A stretch of 64,000 bases of DNA from an uncultured Gemmatimonadales bacterium (GTDB lineage Bacteria; Gemmatimonadota; Gemmatimonadetes; Longimicrobiales; RSA9), in NCBI GenBank assembly GCA_963798085.1, contig CAWCRS010000003.1, forward strand, positions 224,001 to 288,000, given 5' to 3'. Made by a program: the position numbers and the translations under genes. This document shows positions 48,230-59,149 of the stretch, piece by piece. The notes beneath the pieces are model-generated. The model was not told the origin of the DNA and made no database searches. It saw nothing but the letters and a program-made list of their open reading frames with translations. Every line of letters starts with the position of its first letter. Within the stretch, counting starts at the first letter, position 1.

Positions 48230-49938
48230 ATGCCAAAGCCCATTGCACTCATTGGCGCCGAGTTCGAGGAGAACCTCTCCATCCGCTATCTGGCCGCCGC
48301 TCTGGCGCAGGACGGCTTCACGGCGGAGCTGGTTCCCTTTCACAATGCGGCGGAGACGGCAGCCATTGTGCGCCGCATTGCCGGGCTCGATCCTCTCGCG
48401 GTTGGCATTTCGGTGCCATTCCAGCTGCGTGCCCGCGAGTTCCTGAACCTGGCGCAGGCGCTGCGCGCGGCAGGTGTGCAGGCGCACATCGTCATCGGCG
48501 GCCATTTCGCCACGTTCGAGTACGACAACATCATGCGCGACTTCCCGGCCGTCGATTCCATTGTGCGGCACGAGGGCGAGCACACGCTGCGCGAATTGTG
48601 CTGCCGCCTGCGCGACGGCGAGTCGGTGGCTCGGCATCGCGGGACGCTCACGCGCTGGCCTGATGGCGTCGTCGGACGGGGGCACGCGCCGCCTGCCGGC
48701 CCCTCGATGCGCTTCCATTTCCCGACCGGCGGGGGGCCCGCACGACGGTGATGGGTGTGCCGGTCTCGCCCATCGTGGGCAGTCGCGGGTGCTACGCGGA
48801 CTGCGCGTTCTGCTGCATCTACGCCTATGCCGAGAACGCCGATGGCGCCCGCTACCGCCGCCGCTCGCCGGAGAACATTGCCTGGGAGATGCGGCAGCGA
48901 ATACAAGGAGCGAGGCATTCGCCTGTTCGTCTTCCACGACGACAACTTCTTCGTGCCGTCGGCGAAGCTGAACATCGACGCGCTACACTCGGCTGAAGCA
49001 GTTGCTGGACGGGTACGGCATGAACGACATCGCGCTGGTCATCAAGTGCCGGCCCAACAATGTGGATGCCGAGCTGTTCCGCCTGCTGAAGGGACATGGG
49101 GATGATCCGGGCCTACGTCGGCATCGAGACGAACTCCGACGAAGGCATCGTCTCACTCAACCGGCGCATCACGTCGCAGGACAACCAGCGCGCGCTCGCT
49201 GTGTTCTACGCGAGCTGGATGTCTACTACTCGTACAACGTGCTGATCTTCGACCCGGAAGCGACGCTCGAGGGCGTGGCGCGCAACCTGGACTTCATGCA
49301 GGAACTCAGCGACGTGCCTTTCAACTTCTGCCGCGCGGAGGTCTACGCGGGCACGCCGCTGCAAGCCACATCCTGGAGCAGCAGCGGCGGCTGGAGGGCG
49401 ACTGGTTCGCCTGGGGCTACCAGATGCGCGATGCCCAGGTGGAGGTGCTGTTCCGCATTGCCATCACCGCCTTCGGCAGCGCGCAACTTCAAGCACGACG
49501 GCGTGGCCAACCTCAACCTCGGCATCCGCTTCGACCACGAAGTCGCGCGTCACTTCTTTCCCGAGTCGCGCGATGACGGCCTGCACGCGCGCCTGGTGGA
49601 CCTCTCCGTGCGCATCGGACACGACTCCGTGGCGCTCATGCGGGAAGCGCTCGCGTTCGTGCAGCACGCGGACATCCTCGATTCGGCACTCGTGAAGGCG
49701 TACACGCTCGACCTTGCACGCCGCGTAGCGCGCGCCGACCTCGGGCTTCGTCGCCGAGTGCAGGGCGCTGCGCCGCGAGATGGAGCAGCGCGTCGTCACG
49801 CAAGCGGGCGATCGCCTGGAGCGCACGTTCGGCAGGGGCATGCCGCCCTGGGCTGCGGAATCGTTCCGGCTGGGCAGCTCGGTGGGCCTCGAGGTGTCGA
49901 CGGAAGCGCTGCCCGCGCCCAGCGCGTTCCCCGGCTGA
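48230..49938 (+). CDS. B12-binding domain radical SAM protein; multiple frameshifts
   Basis: N-terminal B12-binding-like domain (HIVIGGHFAT, VRHEGE), SRGCYADCAFC, FHDDNF, YVGIE; pieced from about eight frame segments ending ..ALPAPSAFPG* at 49938. Confidence 0.8.
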
Positions 49939-49950
49939 GGAGAGCAGATC

Positions 49951-50673
49951 ATGGGAATCAAGGACCAGACCCGGCGCATTGCTGCAGGCGCCAGTGTGGC
50001 GCTCGCGACCAGCGGCCTCAGCAATTGCCGCGACAACGGCGCCGTCGACCCGCCGCCGCCACCGCTCCAGTGCGCTTCACTGAGTGCGGGCGAATCCCTG
50101 GCTGCGACTGGCACTCGCTCGGCAGACACGGTGACGGTCCGCGTGCTCAATTCAGCGGGCTCGGGCTGGCATGTGGAGCGCGTGACGGACGTGATCGGCG
50201 CCACGCTGCTCAGCACGCAGTCGCCGCGCCCGGGGAGCCGCGACACGCTCGGCGTGGTGCTGCATCTTGCCAGCCCCACAATTCCGCAGGTGCTGTTCAC
50301 GGTCGAGGCCACGCTCATCGGCTATAACGGCGAATCCTGCAGCACGCGCCGCACGTTCGAGGTCAACATCACCGGAACCGGCGTGCAGGTCAGCCTTGCC
50401 GATCGCGATCCGCTGCCGCTCGCCGCCCGCCAGCGCGCCGAGATCATCCTCGCGCGGCAGGAGGGTCGCACGGTCGATCTGCAGGCGAAGACGCCGTGGC
50501 AGGGAAGCAGCGACATCACGTGGACCGTGAGCGGCGGAACGGTGGATTCGCGTGCTGGTCGCGACGTGCGCTGGTCGCTCCCCGAAACGCCGGGCCTGTA
50601 CCAGGCCGAGCTGCTGATCGACTTCGGCGATGATGGCTTCGCCATCGACACGCTGCTGCTCGAGGTCGTCTGA
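49951..50673 (+). CDS. Putative lipoprotein with GAVDPPPPP motif and Ig/PKD-like C-terminal domains
   Basis: AGGAGAG RBS; signal-like leader ending GLSNC; ITWTVSGG.V......VRWSLPETPGLY. Confidence 0.75.
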   Translation: MGIKDQTRRIAAGASVALATSGLSNCRDNGAVDPPPPPLQCASLSAGESLAATGTRSADTVTVRVLNSAGSGWHVERVTDVIGATLLSTQSPRPGSRDTLGVVLHLASPTIPQVLFTVEATLIGYNGESCSTRRTFEVNITGTGVQVSLADRDPLPLAARQRAEIILARQEGRTVDLQAKTPWQGSSDITWTVSGGTVDSRAGRDVRWSLPETPGLYQAELLIDFGDDGFAIDTLLLEVV

Positions 50674-50715
50674 ACCGGCTGCGGCGGACGGCGAACGGTT
50701 CAGCCACCCGCGCAC

Positions 50716-53700
50716 ATGCCAATGACACCGGAGTCGACGATGCCCGAGCCGGCCGTGGCAGGCGGTGCGCGCATTTTCATCTCGTACAGCCGCCGTAATG
50801 CGGAGTCGTTCGCCCGGGAACTGCGAGACCAGTTGAGCGACGCGGGCTTCGCCGTGTGGTGGGACCAGCAGAGCATGGCGAGCCGCGGCGACACCTTCCT
50901 CGACGAAATACAGAAAGCCATCATCGCGGCGCACCGCCTGGTGCTGATTGTCAGTCCGCGTGTCCGCACATCGCCGTACGTGGGCTGGGAGTGGGGTCTG
51001 GCCGAGCGCGAGTGCGTGGTCGTTAATCCTGTGTTGTACGACGGCCCGGATGAGCCCTGCGTGTTCGAGGCGCACTGCCCGCCGGAACTCAGGCAATACG
51101 ACGCCGTCGATTTCCGGAGTGGACAGGATCCGGCGGCGTCGCTTTCCCGACTGCTCCGGCTGCTGGCGGCGGCGCCCGTCCCCCTCGGCACGCTGCACCG
51201 CGTTCCGGAACTGCCGCCGGCGTGGGTGCCGCGAGACGCCGCGCTGCAGGCCGTGGCGCAGCTGGTCCATCCGGACCGCACCGAACCCGCTGTTATCGCC
51301 TCCGCCCTGCGCGCGTCCGCGCTACACGGCATGGGCGGTATCGGCAAGTCCACGCTGGCCGCAGACTTTGCGCGGCGCTGCGGCACGCGGCGTTTCTTTC
51401 CCGACGGGATCCTCTGGACCGCCGTGGGTCGCACTCCCGAGCTGGGCGCCCTGTGCCGCGAAATCGGCAGCGCCCTCGGCGAGGCGGCGGTTGCCAGCGA
51501 GCTGACGCCGGCCGGCGCGCTGGCATCGCTCAGCCGTGCGCTGCTGCAGCGCCGCTGTCTGCTCGTGTTCAATGACGTCTGGGAGCCCGAGCACATCCGG
51601 CCGTTCATCGACATGCAGACGGGGTCGCGGCTGCTCATCACCACGCGCACCGCGTCGCTGGCGCGCTCGACGGGCGCGCGCGAGCACCAGCTGGACATCC
51701 TCGAGCCCGCGGAAGCGCTCGAAGTACTGCGCTCCTGGTCCAGCCCGGAAGAACACGCAGCGGCCTGGGCCTCGCCGCCGGAGGCCGCGCCGATCGTCAA
51801 TGAGTGCGGCCGCCTGCCGCTCGCGCTCGCCATGATCGGCTCCATGGTGCGGGCGGGCGAGGTCGGCTGGACCGAGGCACTCGCGCGGCTGCGCGCGCGT
51901 CAGCTGGGCGACATCCGCGACCGCCTGCCCGCTTACGATCATCCCGACCTGCTGCGCGCCATCGCCGTGAGCGTGGATGCGCTGAGTGATTTCGAGCGCG
52001 CGCGTTACCTCGAGCTGTGCGTGTTCCCCGAGGAATGTGGTGATCCCGCGGGACGCGACGCAGCGCTACTGGTCGGCGTACTGCAATGCGACCGGCGCGA
52101 GCCACCTCTTCACCGCCTTCGCCGACCGGTCGCTGGCCCGCCGCGTCAATGCGGGCATCCTGCTGCATGACCTGCAGCGCGATTACGTGCGTGCCGTAGC
52201 GACGGATGAGCCCGCGCTCCAGCGCCGGCTGCTGGCTGCGCTGCGGCCCGCGGGTGGCTGGTACGCGCTGCGCGATGGCGACTACCTGTTCGACCGGCTG
52301 CTCGAGCACATGGCGCGCACGGACGACGTGGACGCAATCCACACGCTCGTCACGGACCCCTCGGCCAATGGCGGCAACGGGTGGTATCGCACGAAAGGCG
52401 AATGGCATCCCGGTCGCTACCTCGCGGATCTGAGCCGTGCGCGCGCAGTCACGCCCGCCGCGCAGCTCGAGCGCCACGCGCTCTACGCCGTAATGGAGGC
52501 TTCCGTGCGCAGCGCGCAGCGGTCGCTGCCGGCCAGCCTGCTGCGCGCACTCGTCGCCCACCATCTGTGGACCGCGGAACGGGCCGCCGCGCGCGTGCGG
52601 CTGCTGCCCGCCGGACAGCGCGCCCGCGGCATGGTCGAGATCGTGACGGTCGCGCCGCTCGAGGACGGGCTGCCGCTGCTGGCCGAGACGCTGAACGCGA
52701 TCCGCCAGGACTTCCGCTCCATCAGGATCTGGCGGAGCTGGTGCGCGACCTGCCCGGCACGCTGCCCGCCGAGGCGCTGGCTGCGCTGGCCGCGGAAGCC
52801 CGCGCCACGGGCAACTGGCTGGCGCTGGCGCACGTCGCCGCTCGTGCGCCTTCGCCGCGGCACGCGGAGCTGCGCGCCGAGGTGCTGTCCGGCGTGGACC
52901 ATATCACCGAGCGCGCCGCCTGCCTGACCGTGCTCGTGCGGGCGCTGCCTGACATGTCATTAGCGGACGACGTGGCGGACACGCTGGACGCCATTCTGGC
53001 GCTCGACTACCCCGGCTCGATCGCGGAGGCGCTGGAAGAACTCATTCCCGCGCTCGCCGGGGACGTGCTGCGCGAAACGGTCGCCAGATGGCTCGCGCTG
53101 CTCGACTCGGATCGCGTACACGTGTCTCCCATTGCGATCGCACGCTCACTCTGCAGCGTGGCGGCGGCCTCGCCGCAGATTGCGCCGCTGCTCGTGGAGC
53201 GTCTGCCGGCAAGTCTTGCCACCACGCGCGCCATCGCGCTGGCGCTGCTCACGCCGCACCTGCCGCAACCCATGCGCCGGGATATCGCCGCGCGGGCATT
53301 CCAGCTCGCGAGCGAGCGCCGGGAGCTGGATGGCGAAACTGCCTTCGAGCTGGCGCGCGTCGCGGAGTACCTGGATGGCACCCAGGTGGAGCGACTGCGC
53401 ACGGTCGCGCGCGCAGAGTCCGGCTACTGGCGAGGCGGTACGCTGGCCGGGCTCGCGCGCGTGCTGCCCGCCGCCGCATCAGTGGCGCTGGTGGATCAGG
53501 TGATCGAGTCCATTGCCACGGCAGGCGAGTGGCGCGACCGCGAGCACATCGCGGAGCAGGCAGCGCCGTTCCTGCCGGCCGACCGGCTGCTCGAGGCTGC
53601 GCGCGCCACCACACGCGCCGATGACGACCGCGAGCGGTTCGGCGCCGTGCTCGACATGATCGATCACCTCGACGACGCCACGCGCACGGACGTCTTGCGC

Positions 53701-54843
53701 CAGCTCCTCGACGTCGCGGCAGGCTCGAGCGAGAGCACGCGCGCCGAGGACCTCACGCAGATCGCTTCGCTGCTGCCGGAATCGCTGCTCGAACGCGCGA
53801 CCGGGATCGCGCGCGGCGTGGGCTCGCCGCGCTTGCGCGTGCGGGCACTGGGCGCGCTCGTATCGCGCAGACCCGCGCTCCTCGCCGAGGCTGATGCCGC
53901 CGTGCACGAAGTGGAGGACGCGGCCGAGAAGGGACACGCGCTCGCGCGCCTCATCCGCTGCCGCAAGCCGGAAGGGCAACACGAGGCCATCGCTGTGCTG
54001 CTCCCGCTGCTCGACGCGGAGAAGCACGACGAGACGCGTGCAGAAAGCATTGCCGCCATCCTGCCCTTCGCCGGCGCTGCGGCCGCTTCGATGGCGCACG
54101 ACGCCGTGGTGCGTTACCGCCATCACGGCGCGGCCATGCGCTTCCTCGTGCCGCACCTCGGGATCGAGCCGTTGCGCGAATACGCGGACCACCTCCAGTG
54201 GATCGACGCGTACAACGCACTGGCCGCGCTGCCCGAGCTGATGGTGCGGCTCTGCCGCACGGGCTACCCGGCGGAAGCGTGGACGCGGCTGAAGTCGATC
54301 GAACGCGACGACGCACCGGCACGCGCCCGCGCCGTGGCCGCCATGGCGCCCCTGATGCGTGTCAGTGATCTGTCAGAGGCACCTGCCTGGCTCGCAGCGC
54401 TGGACAACCATTACGCCAGCGAACCCGCGCTGGTCGAGGTGCTCGAAGCTCTCGCTGCGGCGGGCCACGGGCAGCACGCGCGGGAGCTGGCCGGCGCCAT
54501 GACGGATCCCATGCGCCACGCCGCTGCGCTCGCGGCGATCGCACGGCACAGCAACGACGCGCGCCCGCTCGTCGACCAGGCCGTCGCGATTGTGGAATCG
54601 CTGCCCTATGCGGAGACGCGGTGGCTCACCGTGCGCAAGCTGGCCGCGGCGCTCGCGACGCTCGACCCGACCGACATTCCGCCACTGCTCGCCCGCCTGC
54701 TCGCCTCGCTCTGCCAGACGCTGCGGCTGAACTTCGTTCCCGAGCTGAACGTGCTGGCCCCCGCGTTCGCGCGCGCCGGCGGGCCCGATGCGGTCGCAGC
54801 ACTGCGGCGGGTCGTGCAGCAATGCGCGGTGTGGTGGCCGTGA
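50716..54843 (+). CDS. TIR - NB-ARC (STAND) - helical repeat protein; frameshifts near 52035 and 52715
   Basis: TIR RIFISYSR..WWD..SPYVGWEW; Walker A GMGGIGKS; Walker B LLVFNDVW; LLITTR, GRLPLAL, LHDLQRDY; long Ala/Leu-rich repeats. Confidence 0.85.
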
Positions 54844-54962
54844 CCCGGCGGCGGGGCGCGGCCGCTTGCCGCCGGCGCACCGCTTCGCGCGCCCGAGCCT
54901 CGCACAGCGCTATCGCAACTTCTGGTTTTCAGGAGAGTTACGCATTGAGTCCGATAGCGCTC

Positions 54963-54990
54963 TTGACATATTCCCATATTGGAATATCAT
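54963..54990 (+). promoter_or_regulatory. Sigma70 promoter (TTGACA-N16-TATCAT) with overlapping ATATTCC-N6-GGAATAT palindrome
   Basis: -35 at 54963-54968, -10 at 54985-54990, inverted repeat 54968-54987; ATG follows at 54997. Confidence 0.75.
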
Positions 54991-54996
54991 GACGCC

Positions 54997-55353
54997 ATGG
55001 CAAGAGCAGCCACAACGACCAATGCCTTCAATGCGGTAGCCGAGCCGCGGCGGCGACAGATCCTGGACGTGCTCTCGCGCGGCGAGCTTCCCGTGAACGA
55101 TCTCGTCGCCGCACTTCGCCTGGCGCAGCCGCAGGTTTCCAAGCACCTGCGGGTCCTCCGCGAAGTCGGTCTGGTGGAGGTGCGAGACGAGGGCAGGCAG
55201 CGGTTGTATCGCCTGAACGGCCAGTCGCTCAAGCCCATTCACGACTGGATCAGCAACTACACGCAGCTCTGGAACGAGCGGTTCGAAGTACTGGACAATG
55301 TGCTGGGTGAACTCAAGGCGAAGGAGGACGACAATGGCGGCAGCGACGAGTAG
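54997..55353 (+). CDS. ArsR/SmtB-family transcriptional regulator
   Basis: FNAVAEPRRRQIL, QPQVSKHLRVLREVGLV. Confidence 0.92.
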   Translation: MARAATTTNAFNAVAEPRRRQILDVLSRGELPVNDLVAALRLAQPQVSKHLRVLREVGLVEVRDEGRQRLYRLNGQSLKPIHDWISNYTQLWNERFEVLDNVLGELKAKEDDNGGSDE

Positions 55354-55822
55354 CGGCTCGGCCGTGGTGACGCTTCCCACGGACACGCAGATCCTGATCA
55401 CGCGGGAGTTTGCCGCGCCCAGGCGCCTGGTCTACAAGGCCTGGACGACGCCGGAGCTGATCAAGCGCTGGTGGTCGGGCCAGCGCGGCAAGGTCACGCT
55501 GGCGGAAGTCGACCTGCGCGTGGGCGGCATGTGGCGCTTCGTGATGGTGGCGAACCGGGGCTTCGAGGTGGCGTTCCACGGCGTGTACCGGGAAATCGTC
55601 GAGAACGAACGACTCGTTTCCACCGAGGTTTTCGAAGGCATGCCGGAAGGCGAGGCGCTGGACACGGTCACGTTCACGGAAGTGAACGGACGCACCACCA
55701 TGAAGCTGCTCGTGGACCACACGATCAAGGCGCATCGTGACGCGCACATCAATTCCGGCATGGAAGCGGGCATGCAGGAGGCGATGGACCTGCTCGAGCA
55801 GGTGGCCATCTCGCTGGGTTGA
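55334..55822 (+). CDS. SRPBCC/AHSA1-family protein
   Basis: ITREFAAPRRLVYKAWTTPELIKRWW, DLRVGG.WR, SGMEAG; AGGAGG RBS. Confidence 0.92.
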   Translation: MAAATSSGSAVVTLPTDTQILITREFAAPRRLVYKAWTTPELIKRWWSGQRGKVTLAEVDLRVGGMWRFVMVANRGFEVAFHGVYREIVENERLVSTEVFEGMPEGEALDTVTFTEVNGRTTMKLLVDHTIKAHRDAHINSGMEAGMQEAMDLLEQVAISLG

Positions 55823-55839
55823 AGCGACGCGCGCAGCGG

Positions 55840-55871
55840 AGGGACCGCCGCGCACGCGTGCGGCGGTCCCT
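55840..55871. terminator. Hairpin between convergent genes
   Basis: AGGGACCGCCGC...GCGGCGGTCCCT 12-bp stem. Confidence 0.6.
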
Positions 55872-55884
55872 TCCCGTCCGGCAC

Positions 55885-58569
55885 TCAGTCGATGCGCAGC
55901 GACTCGATCGGGTCGACGGAGGAAGCGCGCCGCGCGGGCAGATAGCTGGCTAACAGGCCAGTCAGCACCATTGCGCCGGATGTGCTCACGAAGGTGAGCC
56001 CATCGATGGCTTTGACGCCGAAGAGCAGCGAGCCCAGCACGCGGGTGCTGGCGAACGCGCCGATGAGGCCCAGCATGATGCCGGGAACGACGACGGCCAC
56101 GCCCTGCGACACCACCATGCGCCGCACCTGGCCCGCTTCGGCGCCCAGCGCCATGCGCACGCCGATCTCGCGCGTGCGCTCCGCGACGACGTAGGAGAGC
56201 ACGCCGTAGAGGCCGACCGTGCCGAGGATCAGCGCGAGCAGCGCGGCGATGCCCAGCGTGAGTGTGGTGAAGGACAGCTCCAGCATCGACCGGCTTGCCA
56301 GTCCTTCCATCGTGTACACGCGGTACATCGGTGCTTCCGGCGCCACTTCCTTGACGAGGGCCCGGATGTCCGGCGCGATCGAATTCGCGCGCGGCGTCTT
56401 CACCACATAGCCCGGTGACGACAGGGCCCAGGCGTTCGGAGTCGGCCCCACCATGGGGAAATAGAGCTGTGCATTCGGCCCATCCCGGAGGCCGTACTGC
56501 ATGACATCCTCCACCACGCCGACGACGCTCATCCAGGGGGGCTCCGGCCCCGTCTGGCCCGGCGGATTCCATGGCTGGAGCCGCTTGCCGATCGGGTCCT
56601 GCCCCGGCCACAGCAGCTTCGCGGCGCTCCTGCTGACGATGACGTTGCCGAGATTCGTGGTGTGATCCGCCGGGGTAAAGGCGCGGCCGGCCAGGACGGC
56701 GATGCCCATCGTCGAGAAGTAATCGCCGCCCGTGAACGTGAAGTTGAGCAGCGCGCCGCGCTCCGGATCGCCTGCCATTTCATCCGACCTGAACCGCCTG
56801 TTAGCCGTGCCTTCGTCCAGCGGCACGTTCTCCACGATGCCCACCGACTGCACGCCGGGCAGCGCGGCGATGCGCTTCAGGAACTCATCGTGGAAGAGGG
56901 CCCACGATGGGCCGTCGTGCAGCGCCGGATTCTCGGGCGCGAACTGGAACGTGAAGAGGTCCTTCGTCTCGTAGCCGGGATCCACGTGGCGCAGCGCACG
57001 GAAGCTGCGCAACAGCAGCCCCGAGCCGATGAGCAGCAGCAGCGCCAGCGCGGTCTGCGCCACCACCAGCCCATCGCGTCCCCACGAGCGCCGCCGCGTC
57101 GAGCCGCGGCTGCTGTCACGCAGGCGGGTCAGCTTCGGATTCGATGAGCGGACGGCGGGCCCGAGCCCGCACAGCAAAGCGGACACGAAGGCGGCGGCGA
57201 GCGTGAAGGCCAGCGTATCGGGTCGCAGGTGCACAGCGGATAGACGCGGAACGCTGGGTGCCACGCGCAGGACGAGAGGCAGCGTGATCCACGCGAGCAG
57301 CACGGCGAGCACGCCCGCCGCCGCGGCGATGATCACGGTCTCCGCCATCTGCGAACGGATCAGCGCGCTGCGTCCGGCGCCGATCGCTTTGCGGATGGCC
57401 AGGTCCTGGCCCCGCCGTTCGGCGCGCACCAGCAGCAGGTTGGCCACGTTCGCACACGCAATCAGCAGCACGATGGCCACGGCGCCCAGCAGCACCCACA
57501 AGGTGCCGGCCACCCCCCCCACCAGCTGCTCCTCGAGCGAACGCACGATTGCGCGATGGCGGGCCATGATGCGCGCGTAGGCCGAGGAGCCGCCGAAGCG
57601 TGCGGGCAGCTCGGCTGCGAGCCGGTTCAGCTCCAGACGCAGCCCGTCCTGCGTGGCTCCCGGTGCCAGGCGGCCCACCATGCGCATGCCGAAGCGGCCC
57701 AGTATGATCTCCGCGGGCCGGATGACTTGGGGAACCCAGAGCAGCACGTTCTCGGTGGGAAAATGGAAGTTGGCCGGCATCACGCCAATCACCTGCCGGC
57801 TCGCGCCCGCTGCCTCGAACGACTTGCCAATGACGCCGCGGTCGCCGCCGAACCACGTCATCCAGAGCTGGTAGCTGATCACCATGGCGCGGTCTTCGTC
57901 TGCCGCCACTGGCAATCGTCCGAGGATCGGCGTCACGCCCAGGGTGGGGAACAGCTCGGGCGTAGCCCACGACATCCACACGCGCTCCGCCCGGTCACCG
58001 GCGCGCAGCGTCTGCGTCATGTCGCCGAACACCGCGACGTTCTCGAGCAGCTGCGACTTCTCGCGGTACTGCACGAGCATTTCCGCGGCCGGCGCGAACT
58101 CCTGCGGCAGATCCGAGCCAGGCGCCGTCGCCGCGATGTAGACGAGCCGATCCGGCTGCGGATACGGCAGCGGCTTCAGCAGGACGGTGTCGACCACACT
58201 GAAGATCCCGGCCAGGGCGCCCAGCGCGAGGCCGAGCGTGACCACGGACACCGCGAAAAAGCCGGGCGAGCGGCGCAGCGACCGCACCGCCTGCCGCAGA
58301 TCCTTCGACCATCCATCCATTGAGAGTCCCATTCCCTTTCTCGGGTTGTGCACCATCGGCTCGTCCAGCCACGCGGGGTTCCAGCGCTCCGCCAGGCCGG
58401 AGCACACGAGATCGAACACAGTCGAGATGTCGAACGCGAATGCGCGGAAGCGCCCACGCGCTGCCGCGCGCGCACGGTCGATCTCGATCTGCTCGACCAT
58501 GTCTTCGCCGAACTGCTCCCGGAATCCCGCCGGGAACAACCGCAGCAGGACGCGGGCGATGCGTCTCAC
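55885..58569 (-). CDS. ADOP-family duplicated ABC permease with N-terminal extension
   Basis: KDLRQAVRSL, LLIACANVANLLL, ERTREIGVRMALGA, PARRASSVDP; coupled to PadR. Confidence 0.92.
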   Translation of the reverse strand: MRRIARVLLRLFPAGFREQFGEDMVEQIEIDRARAAARGRFRAFAFDISTVFDLVCSGLAERWNPAWLDEPMVHNPRKGMGLSMDGWSKDLRQAVRSLRRSPGFFAVSVVTLGLALGALAGIFSVVDTVLLKPLPYPQPDRLVYIAATAPGSDLPQEFAPAAEMLVQYREKSQLLENVAVFGDMTQTLRAGDRAERVWMSWATPELFPTLGVTPILGRLPVAADEDRAMVISYQLWMTWFGGDRGVIGKSFEAAGASRQVIGVMPANFHFPTENVLLWVPQVIRPAEIILGRFGMRMVGRLAPGATQDGLRLELNRLAAELPARFGGSSAYARIMARHRAIVRSLEEQLVGGVAGTLWVLLGAVAIVLLIACANVANLLLVRAERRGQDLAIRKAIGAGRSALIRSQMAETVIIAAAAGVLAVLLAWITLPLVLRVAPSVPRLSAVHLRPDTLAFTLAAAFVSALLCGLGPAVRSSNPKLTRLRDSSRGSTRRRSWGRDGLVVAQTALALLLLIGSGLLLRSFRALRHVDPGYETKDLFTFQFAPENPALHDGPSWALFHDEFLKRIAALPGVQSVGIVENVPLDEGTANRRFRSDEMAGDPERGALLNFTFTGGDYFSTMGIAVLAGRAFTPADHTTNLGNVIVSRSAAKLLWPGQDPIGKRLQPWNPPGQTGPEPPWMSVVGVVEDVMQYGLRDGPNAQLYFPMVGPTPNAWALSSPGYVVKTPRANSIAPDIRALVKEVAPEAPMYRVYTMEGLASRSMLELSFTTLTLGIAALLALILGTVGLYGVLSYVVAERTREIGVRMALGAEAGQVRRMVVSQGVAVVVPGIMLGLIGAFASTRVLGSLLFGVKAIDGLTFVSTSGAMVLTGLLASYLPARRASSVDPIESLRID

Positions 58570-58916
58570 GTGCTGGACCCCGCCGTGCGGAGCCGCTCCT
58601 CCGCCAGCGCGGCCGCGCCCTTCAGCCGCCTCGCCTCCGCCGCCAGCGCCGCGCGACCCGATGCGCTCAACCCGTAGTACTTCCTCGCCCGGCCCGGATG
58701 CGGCTCCGGCGTCGCATTGGCGACCTCAGTGACCAGACCCGTCGTCATCAGCCGCGCCAGCACCCGGTAGAGCGAGCCCGCCCGCGGCGCCAGCACCCCG
58801 CCCGACTCCTGCTCCACCCGATCCTTGATCGCGTAGCCGTAGAGAGACCCGCTCGCCATTGCCAGCAGCACGTGGTATTCGAGCGTGCTCATGCCGCTCT
58901 CGTTCACAGCGCCCAT
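58566..58916 (-). CDS. PadR-family transcriptional regulator
   Basis: YHVLLAMA...LYGYAI, GSLYRVLARL, RKYYGLSASG. Confidence 0.92.
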   Translation of the reverse strand: MGAVNESGMSTLEYHVLLAMASGSLYGYAIKDRVEQESGGVLAPRAGSLYRVLARLMTTGLVTEVANATPEPHPGRARKYYGLSASGRAALAAEARRLKGAAALAEERLRTAGSST

Positions 58917-59091
58917 TGGGTCGTCATCCGCATGGTGGTTCGCAAATACCCTGCGGGTATATATACCAAAAGAGTATTTATGTCCATGGTTTTGCCGCCT
59001 CTGGGGCTCGGGCTCGGGCTGGTTGCCCGGAACGGATCACGGCTTTCCGGCCGGCGGCCACCGCGCGGCCTCGGTACGGCCAGTATGCAGA

Positions 59092-59121
59092 AACGGCCGG
59101 CCCGGTTTCGGGTCGGCCGTT
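59092..59121 (-). terminator. Intrinsic terminator downstream of the SBP56-membrane protein operon
   Basis: AACGGCCGACCCG-AAAC-CGGGCCGGCCGTT on the minus strand, followed by a short T tract. Confidence 0.6.
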
Positions 59122-59149
59122 GCCGTGCGGATCGGGTCTGACTTCAGCT

